Positions 45,065 through 53,900 of a stretch of DNA of 64,000 nucleotides are shown here, in pieces (the first letter of the stretch is position 1; each line of letters begins with the position of its first letter). The translations under genes and the position numbers were made by a program. Location: the NCBI GenBank assembly GCA_963659365.1, contig CAVKTI010000004.1, positions 9,776-73,775 of the forward strand. The letters run 5' to 3'. Source of the DNA: Acutalibacteraceae bacterium. Its GTDB lineage: Bacteria > Bacteroidota > Bacteroidia > Bacteroidales > Paludibacteraceae. The notes under the pieces were generated by a model. It searched no databases, was not told the origin of the DNA, and worked only from the letters and a program-made list of their open reading frames with translations.

Positions 45065-47485
45065 ATGGAATTGATAGACAGAGTAAAAAAAATTCTTGTA
45101 ACGGCAGGTGTGTTGTCTAAAAGAGACGCAGGAAACACAACGCCTCGCTTGTCAAGCGTTGCAGACACAGGAATGGGTGATGCAGAATTTATATCAACAA
45201 CGACCTATAATCATGGTTGTAGTAAGACAGAGAAGCAAAGAAACAGTAAACAAAACTTTCTCTTTCTCGTACCTTCTACTGCCGAGCAAGAACAACAACA
45301 ACCAACCTCTGAACAAGCACAAGAGCCAACTGCCGAGCAAGAGCAACCTGCGCCCGAACAAACGCAGCAGCCTACTACCGAGCAGACTGCCACCGAACAA
45401 ACAGCAGAACAACCTACTGCCGAGCAACAGCAGCAAACGGAGCAGAAACAGGAGCAGCCCACGCCAATAGGTGCAGAGCAGAAAAACAACGAGGCGGTAT
45501 TTCAGCCCAAAACGAAAAAGGTTATTTTCCGCTACAAGACCCAAGACGGTCGGTCGTTGTCGCTACCGCTGACATCAGAGGGCGGCTTCTATGTGCGCCC
45601 CGATGGAACGGTCGATTGGGAACGCACACGCTTTGAACACCCAGTGTATTGGAAACCAATGGGCAAAGCCAAGTTGTTCGCTCCTTTCTATCACGACCAT
45701 CTCGACCAAATGCTCGAAGCCGACTGTGTTACAGTGGCACGCCACAACGCCGACCTGCGTGCCGAGCAGCGGCGTGCCGAGCAGGAAGCCGCCGCAAAGG
45801 CACAGGCAGAGGCGCAAGCCAAGCAGCAGCAACAAGCCATAGCCGAACAGCAAGCGGCACAGCAGCCACGCTACCCAACGAAAAAGGACGGCACGCCCGA
45901 CTTTGATAAGATGACCCCACAGCAGGAGTACGACTATCAAGTAGAAACTAACGGTGAAGAGTCGGCACAAAAGGTTGCGCAAGCCTATGTCAATCGCTAC
46001 CAATCGGCTGTTGATAATATACAGGCGCAACTCGATAGCGGCAAAGGCACGAATAGCGTATCGGCTATGCAAGCCAAACTGAACGAAAACAAGGAGCGGC
46101 TCGAGGCGTGGCGTGCGTTTGTGAAAGAGCAGCAGCAAGAAACGCAGCCGCAAGCCGAACAGACGCAGCAAACCGAACAGACGCAACAAGCCCCACAAGC
46201 AAGACAACAACAAGAGCAACCGCAACAGCAAACTGAACAGACGCAGCAAACCGAACAGCAAGACGAGGAGGTAGGGTTAAGCGATGAAGACCTTTGGCAT
46301 AAGATGGAGGAGCAGGCTCAAATCGTTACTGCGCCTGTTTCGTTTGGCGATGAAAAATCGCTTGCTAAACGAAACGCCGCTATGCAGGAGTATTTTCGGC
46401 TGCAAGAACTCTATTGGAACCGATTGGAAAACCAAAAGCAGCGCAGAGCAGAACAAAAATCTGCACCGCAAGCAGAGCCTGTGCAACAGCCGCAACCTAC
46501 GCCAGCAGCGCAAGTAGAGCCTACTCCAGCCCCTGCGCCACAAGCCGATCCGAAAGCGATGAGCGAACGGTTCAAAAATCCGAGAGCACTGTTTTATGCA
46601 TCGATGATGCGAAAATTGCGTAACGCTATACAGTGTGCCGATACAAGCACAAAACGCCAACAACTCGAAACAACACTCAAATGCAGAATGAAATGGTGGA
46701 CCTCTTCGATTTACAACTCGATATGCGACCCAACACTCAGTGCTGAATATGCTTCCGTATTCAAAACATTGGAAACGGGAGAACTCACCGACGCAGAGCG
46801 ACAATCGACAGAGATGCGTGCCGCAAATTTGAGAATGCTGCACCAACAAGAACAGGGCGAAATGTATAGATACGCCATGAACCTATTGCGCAAAGCCAAA
46901 GAGTTTTCCGAATTGGAACGCTTGGTAGCCGAAACCGTGATTGATACGGTAGAGAATCTCCGAAAAAAAAGATTGGAAATGCTTGTTATGCCGCGATTAC
47001 AAAAGATCAAGGGCGTAAGCGATATAACCATCAATAGCGGCATCAGTGTCCGTCCGAGCGTACAAGGAGAACTGATGGAACTGATTCATGTGGTAGAGGC
47101 CACCGTAACCTCCGATGCCCAAGCAGATTTTCTTTATGCCATAGAAACGGCGGCAGATCTCATAACTCCAGACCGTTTTTCTATCTATGCTGACGAGTTA
47201 ATAGCAAAAACGCACGACAACAGAGAAACATGGAGAAAAGTAAGGTTCGATCCGCAATTTACCGAACTGCGATATGGCATGGACGATGGAGTAACGGTGC
47301 GCTTCATGTTCGAGCGAGAAACCAAAAACACCCTGCGTTTCAAAGAATTAGTCGACGACGAGTTTGATATCCCGAAAATGAACACCATCTATGTGAATAA
47401 ATCGCTGTTGAAAAAAATCGGCTACAGCCCACTCGATACGCTCTACATAACGCTACAACACAACGGTGATTTCACCGCAAAATAG
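45065..47485 (+). CDS. Large Q/E/T-rich hypothetical protein with coiled-coil-like regions
   Basis: 806-aa ORF. Low-complexity TEQ/AEQ tracts lie at 45278-45466 and 46128-46272, and an Ala/Gln/Glu helix (AEQRRAEQEAAAKAQAEAQAKQQQQ) is present. The C-terminal module is shared with the 64-aa ORF. No signal peptide, and the start is uncertain. Confidence 0.65.
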   Translation: MELIDRVKKILVTAGVLSKRDAGNTTPRLSSVADTGMGDAEFISTTTYNHGCSKTEKQRNSKQNFLFLVPSTAEQEQQQPTSEQAQEPTAEQEQPAPEQTQQPTTEQTATEQTAEQPTAEQQQQTEQKQEQPTPIGAEQKNNEAVFQPKTKKVIFRYKTQDGRSLSLPLTSEGGFYVRPDGTVDWERTRFEHPVYWKPMGKAKLFAPFYHDHLDQMLEADCVTVARHNADLRAEQRRAEQEAAAKAQAEAQAKQQQQAIAEQQAAQQPRYPTKKDGTPDFDKMTPQQEYDYQVETNGEESAQKVAQAYVNRYQSAVDNIQAQLDSGKGTNSVSAMQAKLNENKERLEAWRAFVKEQQQETQPQAEQTQQTEQTQQAPQARQQQEQPQQQTEQTQQTEQQDEEVGLSDEDLWHKMEEQAQIVTAPVSFGDEKSLAKRNAAMQEYFRLQELYWNRLENQKQRRAEQKSAPQAEPVQQPQPTPAAQVEPTPAPAPQADPKAMSERFKNPRALFYASMMRKLRNAIQCADTSTKRQQLETTLKCRMKWWTSSIYNSICDPTLSAEYASVFKTLETGELTDAERQSTEMRAANLRMLHQQEQGEMYRYAMNLLRKAKEFSELERLVAETVIDTVENLRKKRLEMLVMPRLQKIKGVSDITINSGISVRPSVQGELMELIHVVEATVTSDAQADFLYAIETAADLITPDRFSIYADELIAKTHDNRETWRKVRFDPQFTELRYGMDDGVTVRFMFERETKNTLRFKELVDDEFDIPKMNTIYVNKSLLKKIGYSPLDTLYITLQHNGDFTAK

Positions 47486-47850
47486 GCTTTCGTTACCGCT
47501 TAATTCATAATTCTAAATTCTACATTGGCATTAACCCCCTCCGCTTCGCTCGTCCCCCTATCTTTTCGCTACGCTCCAAGCAGGGGGACAGGTTCGCACC
47601 CAACATTTTCTCGTTTTCTCCCCCTGCTGCGCAGCAGATAGGGGGAGTACCCACGCAAGTGGGGGTAGGGGTTTGGTTTAATTAAGAGTTAAGAATTTAG
47701 AATTATGAATTATCCGCGTTCCCAACCGCCTTAATTATTCAATTTTCGTCGGACGCACGCGGTGCGTCCCTACAATTTGAAATCTGAAATTTGAAATTTG
47801 AAATTGCGGCTCTGCCGCACCACCTCTCACCTCTTCATTTTTTTACACTT
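47486..47850. repeat. Composite intergenic repeat cluster
   Basis: Contains the TIR-bounded GC core at 47502-47711, the hairpin GGACGCACgcgGTGCGTCCctac, reverse (TTGAAAT)n followed by GCGGCtctGCCGC, and tttacactttttcacat. Confidence 0.9.
47502..47711 (-). repeat. MITE-like copy of the three-hairpin GC core with perfect 18-bp terminal inverted repeats
   Basis: The left end is aattcataattctaaatt (47502-47519) and the right end is aatttagaattatgaatt (47694-47711), its exact reverse complement. The interior has three GC stems homologous to those in copies at 161-296, 1388-1518, 6118-6258 and 35351-35526. Confidence 0.75.
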
Positions 47851-47900
47851 TTTCACATAAAAAAATGCGCATAGCGTTTGTTTGTTTCACAAAATAGTTG

Positions 47901-47908
47901 TAATTTTG
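47901..47908 (+). promoter_or_regulatory. Candidate -7 box (TAATTTTG) for the giant gene
   Basis: Matches TAnnTTTG and sits 30 nt upstream of the ATG at 47938. Confidence 0.45.
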
Positions 47909-47937
47909 CATTGTGGTATATTCCGCAGAGTAGATAC

Positions 47938-50900
47938 ATGAGAAACGCACCGCTATACACCCTATTCATATATGCACGCAAACGCTTGCTTGCGCTGGCC
48001 GTGGCGCTGTGTGTGGCTGTAGGCGCATGGGCGGAAGTGGACAAATGGGATACAAAGGTTGTGTCTTGGAGCAATGGTTCGGGAACGGTGGGTGATCCAT
48101 ATCTGATAGAAAGCGCCCAAAATTTGGCCTATTTGGCGGAGAGTGTAAATGCGGGAACCACTTATAGAGGTCAATATTTTAAATTGACAACGGATATTGA
48201 TTGTGATGGCAACCCTTGGATTCCGATAGGGAATAGTGCGACCAACAGTTTTCGGGGAACATTTGACGGTGATAATCATTCCATATATGATGTAAAAATA
48301 TCTTCTGGTACTTATTTGGGCTTATTTGGCAATACCAATGGTGCAACTATTAAAAACGTATATGTTGAAGCGGTGATTGCGTTGATTGCGTCATCGTCAA
48401 CGGTATCGCCGTATGCTGGCGGCTTGGTGGCTTATGCCAATAATACGATTGTAGAAAACTGCCATACCATGGGGGATTTGTCGGTGAGGGTAACGACGCC
48501 ATCGAATGGTATGCGTGTTTATGTGGGTGGTATGATAGGCTATGCTGTTAGCTGTAATGTGTCGTATTCGCATAACTATGCTCGTGTATTTTCACTTGAC
48601 CAAATAGTGGCTATTACCAATTCCAGTAATACTGGATATACCTATGCTGGTGGTATTGCTGCGTATGCTCAAAACTCTACTTTCACTTATGTGAGCAATA
48701 GCGGCAAAATCCAATCGGTGTCGTTTACGCATGCGTTGAGTAAATCTAAAAAGACGAGTTATTTTTCGTATGCATACGCAGGTGGCATTGTGGGCGCAGG
48801 CTATGCTACATTGTCATCGAACCAAAATACATTTAATCAATGTTATAACAAGGGGAATGTACAGACTATTGCTCGTGCTGATAATTTGGATTATCCTAAA
48901 TACGCTTGGACGTATGGTGGTGGCATTTGTGGTTGGGGCGGTACAACCAACAACTGTTATAATATGGGGCAGGTGAAGTCTTTGTCCATTTGGAGTCAAT
49001 CATACTATAACAATTACAGCATTCCTGCCTGTGCGGCGGGTATGGGATGGGGTGTAAAGGCCACCAACTGTTATAATGCAGGTACATTGATTGTGCGTTG
49101 TCCGACGACAATGAAAGGTTACGATAATGGAACCAATGGTAATTGTACTTGTTGCGCAAATACTACTGAAGAAGACGAAGTGCTCGGACACGACGATGAC
49201 TATTATAATGGAGAAACATATACTACTGAGTGGCGAACATACGCTTCAGCCGTTACTTACCCTATAAGTGGTGGTTTTGGTGTTGATAATAACAACCAAA
49301 ATGACATTTCGTCGGCAACCAATTGTTATTACTTGGAAGGTTGTTGTACTCCGTCTAACACTAAAGGCACTGGTCGTGGAGCCACTACACTGCAGAATGC
49401 CGCTATGCCTGGCACACTAAATGGTTCGGTGTTCATTCAAGACACGGAGAACATCAACAAGTATTATCCCATTTTTGGAACATATAAACCTTACGCCACG
49501 ACACTTGACTACATATCGGTGGATTCTACAAATGCCCTGTTGAATGGCGCATATAAATATGTCAATTCAGCGGACTCCGTAGGTTACGAGTTGCGTATGG
49601 ATGGCGAAAAGGAATGGAATACATACCGTTTGTCGTTGAATGGCAATCCGGGCAGTTTGCCTGAAAAGGTAACGGGTTTGATTCGCGATAAGCAATACAC
49701 CTATCGTATTTGGTTGGACGAGGGCGGTATGCGCCACTATGGCGATACATTAAAATTCCACACCACTTGTCCGCCGAACAATCCTGAGTTTCGTGATACC
49801 ATTTGCATGGGTTCCACATATAACCTGCATGGGTTCAATGTAACGCCCATTTCCGCTGGTACAACTACGCATGTGCATAACCTGCAAACCATTTGGGGGT
49901 GCGATTCTATCGTAACGCTTTACCTAACGGCGATGCCTCAATACGAGATAGAGATAAGCCAAGAAATTCGCGACAAGCAGAGCCCCTACATTTACCCGAT
50001 GCCAGCAGGCTACCGTTGGGAGCCGATTCCCGAAGAGTCCCGCACCTTTACCACATCGGGCGTGAAAACGCTGAATTTGAAAACAGTAAATGGTTGTGAC
50101 TCTATCGTCAAACTCGATTTGACCATCACGCCTACTTACGATATTCTTGTAACGCAGAACAGTGCCTTGTGGGGCGATGTGTCGGTGAATAAGCCCTATT
50201 TCACTGCTGGGGAGCAGGCCACAATCATTGCCACTGCCAAACCATACTACCACTTTAAGCAGTGGGAGAAAGATGGTCAAATAGTGGCCACCACCGCCAC
50301 ACACACCATCTATGTTACAGCCAGCGGCACTTACACCGCCATTTTTGAGCCCGACGAGTTCAAGGTAACTACGGGTGTGAACGATGGCAACATGGGACGA
50401 ATAGACCCAGCAGGCGAAAACAGCATGGCGTACAACAGCGACACGATGATAGTGGCCACTGCATACACAGGCTACGACTTTTTGGGCTGGAGCGATGGCT
50501 ACCAAGGCGGCGAAAGACGCAAATACAGAGTAGAACCGCGCGACACTACTATCACAGCCCTCTTTGCTATACACAATTACAATGTAACTACGAGCGTGAA
50601 CGATGACAACATGGGTAGCGTTACCGAGGGCGGCCGCAAGCCCTATAAATCGGACTTCGTGATAACTGCCACGCCAGCAGAAGGTTACGAGTTTGCAGGG
50701 TGGAGCAATGGTGTGAGCAAAGCCACCAATCCATACACATACACAGTGGAATCGCGCGACACAGCCATCATGGCGCGCTTCGTGGCGAAAAAGTTTTTGG
50801 TAACGACCGCCGTCGAAAAAATTGGTGATGTTACGCCGGGTGATGTTACGCCGGGCGGCTACATAGCCTACAACAGCGATACACTGATAGTGGCCACGCC

Positions 50901-53900
50901 ACGCAAAGGCTATCAGTTCAAGGAGTGGAAAGATGGCTTCGGCTCGAACTCCAGTCGCCTCTATAAGGTGCTGCCCACCGATACGACACTCACGGCCGTG
51001 TTCGAGCCTGTGGAGGTGAGCATCAACACAACAACGGTGGGCAACGGTTCGGTGGGCGGTGCTGGCACCTATCACTATGGCGACAATGTAACCCTCACTA
51101 CCACTGCGCCCACAGGCTACACATTCCAGCAGTGGCAAAACGGCAACCGCACCACGCCGCTGAACATTAAAATCAACTGGGTGGGCGACTCTACTTTCAC
51201 TGCCACATTTGTGCCAGTGCAGTGCGAGGTGAATATCGTTCCCGACGACTACAACCACGGCTCGGTAACGCCAAGTTCGGGCAGTTACGCCTATGGCACA
51301 GGACTCGATTTGGAAGCCAAAGAGAACGACTGCTGCTACGACTGGTCAGGGTGGACCGACACAAAGGGCGGCAGTTACGCCAATCGCAACTATCACATTA
51401 CGGTAAACAATCTTGATGGCCCAATCACCTACACCGCCAACTTCAAACCGAAATCGTTTACCGTAACCACTGCTGTGAAGGACGGCAACACTACGCTCGG
51501 CACAGTCGATGCTACCAAAACATACCTCTACGGCGACACCGCAATTGTAAAGGCCTATCCGAGCAGAGGCTATCGCTTCAAGCGGTGGAATGGCAGCGAC
51601 AGCGACTACGAGAATCCGCGCAAGTTCGAGGTTACCCAAGCGATTACGCTCACTGCCGAATTCGAGCCGATAGATGTGACGCTCACCACCAAAGCCACCA
51701 ACGGTACGGTAACGCCAAGCACAGGCAGCCACAAGTTTGGTGCCGCGATAAGCGTAACGGCATCGCCCGCCACAGGTTACAAATTTGTTGGTTGGGAGAA
51801 TGGCGAGACGCGCCAAAACTTCACCTTTAATATAGGTGCAAACGACACCACGCTCGAAGTGGTGTTTGTGAAAGACAACTTCGACCTCACCGTGCGTGTG
51901 CAGGACGACAACAGCGACTATGGCACGGTGTCGCCAGCGGGGACAAATTCGTATGCTTACGAAACGCTTGTGCCAGTTTCGGTAACGCCAAACGACGGGT
52001 TCAAATTTCTGCGTTGGCAAGAGAATGGCAAGACAGCGACCAGTTTCGACTACACGATGGGCGCAGCGGCGCAGACCTTCACCGCACTGTTCGACACACT
52101 GAGTTACCGCATTGTGGTGCAGCCCGAAAGCACAAGCAAAGGCAGCACCTCGCCAGCGAGTGGCGACCACAAATACCGCACAGAATTTAAGATAAAGGCC
52201 GAGCCGGCAACAGGTTACGAGTTCGACCACTGGAGCAACCCTGCCTACACCGATGCCGAATTTGTTTACACCACGCCAGCGAAAACGGAAACGCTGATTG
52301 CCTATTTCCGCCCGATACAATATCATGTAACCACAACCTGCAACGACAAGCACGGCACGGTAACGCCGCCAAGCGGCAACTACGATTTTGCTTCGTTGCT
52401 TTCGATACAAGCCGATGCGCGGCCCGGCTACAAATTCCTGCGCTGGGAAAACGGTAGCACTACCAATCCGCTGACTTACAAGGTGGAAGCCAAAACCGAC
52501 ACCGTGTTCGAGGCTCTGTTCACACCGCTGAACTACAAGATAACCCTCACGCGCAACGACGAGGACATGGGTACAGTGGCTGGCGGCGGCACATTCCCAT
52601 TCGATACGGAGGTTACCATCACCGCGCGTCCAAATTCGGGCTACAAGTTTGTGCGCTGGAGCGACGGCACGAGCGATGCCGATTCGGTGCGTAGGTTCGA
52701 GATAAATGTGCCGAGCGACACCACCATTCAAGCCATCTTTGCAAAAGCAAGTTTCAACATCACCACCGAGGTGAATGTGGCGGGGCGTGGCACAATAGCC
52801 CTAACCCCAAGCGGCGGCAAGTACCTCTATGGCGACGATGTGGAGATAAGCGCAACGCCTAACACTGGTTACAAGTTTACGGGTTTCACCTCTACTGGCT
52901 GGACAGGCACCGAACCCGACAATCCGTACACATACAATGTGAAGGCGCAGAACATCACGGTTACCGCCAACTTTGTTCCGCTGCAATACACCGTTTCCGC
53001 CACAGTGAACGATAAAGCCATGGGCGAGGTGTCGCCAACGAGCCGCACATGCGACTTTATGGGCAGTGTCGATTTCACGGTAACACCAAAAACTGGCTAC
53101 TCGTTCGTAAACTGGGACGACCTGAACAGCAGCGAACTCACGCGCACATACACGCTCGAAACGGCTGGCAATGTTGCACTCAAAGCCAACTTTGCACCGA
53201 ATACCTATCACATCACAGTAGAGTCGGCCGACGAAGACCAAGGCACAGTTACTGGCACAGGCGACGTGGTTTATAACACGGAAGTTACCATTACCGCCAC
53301 GCCAAAAGAGGGCTACAAATTCTTAAAGTGGCAAGACGGCGATAAAAAAGCGGAGCGCACTATCAACAACTACCGCGGCACCACGCCCGACTCGGTGTTC
53401 ATCGCCTACTTTACGCCGAACGGCTACAATGTGAACGCCGAAAAGACCGCAGGCAAAGGCACGGTTTCGCCAACAAAACAGAGCGGCACTTACAAAGGGT
53501 CGGTAACGGTAACCGCTACGCCAGCAAGAGGCTACCAAGTGCAGTCGTGGAATGGCGATGCGTCTGAAACCGAATTGACCTACACCTATAATATAGATGA
53601 ACCGCGCGACACGGTGGTGCGTGTGGCCTTCGCACCGATTGAAGTGCCTGTTTATGCCATCTCGGCCAACGATGATTGGGGAACTGCTGCCGTTATAGGC
53701 GGCAACGACCACAAATTCGACGAAGAGGTCGAAATCGTAGCGACGGCCAAAAATGGTTACGAGTTTGTGGGCTGGGAAAATGTTTCGGGCGGTGCAAGCA
53801 AAAAATTCACTATCAGCAGCACAAAAGACACCACATTTACCGCCGTCTTCAAACGGAAGAGTTACCATGTAACCACGCAACCAGACCATTGGCAGCATGG

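Noticed and set aside
45194-46849. Minus-strand ORFs 45194-45544, 45575-46261 and 46277-46849, opposite the 806-aa gene.
   Set aside because: They are Leu/Cys/Arg-rich mirror images of the Q/E-rich + strand tracts (CAG/GAA read as CTG/TTC), which is typical of antisense artefacts.
47854-48279. Minus-strand ORFs 47853-48074 and 47962-48279 at the 5' end of the giant gene.
   Set aside because: They overlap the giant gene's start region on the opposite strand. The + frame there encodes a clear signal peptide and the conserved GLUG-type entry motif.
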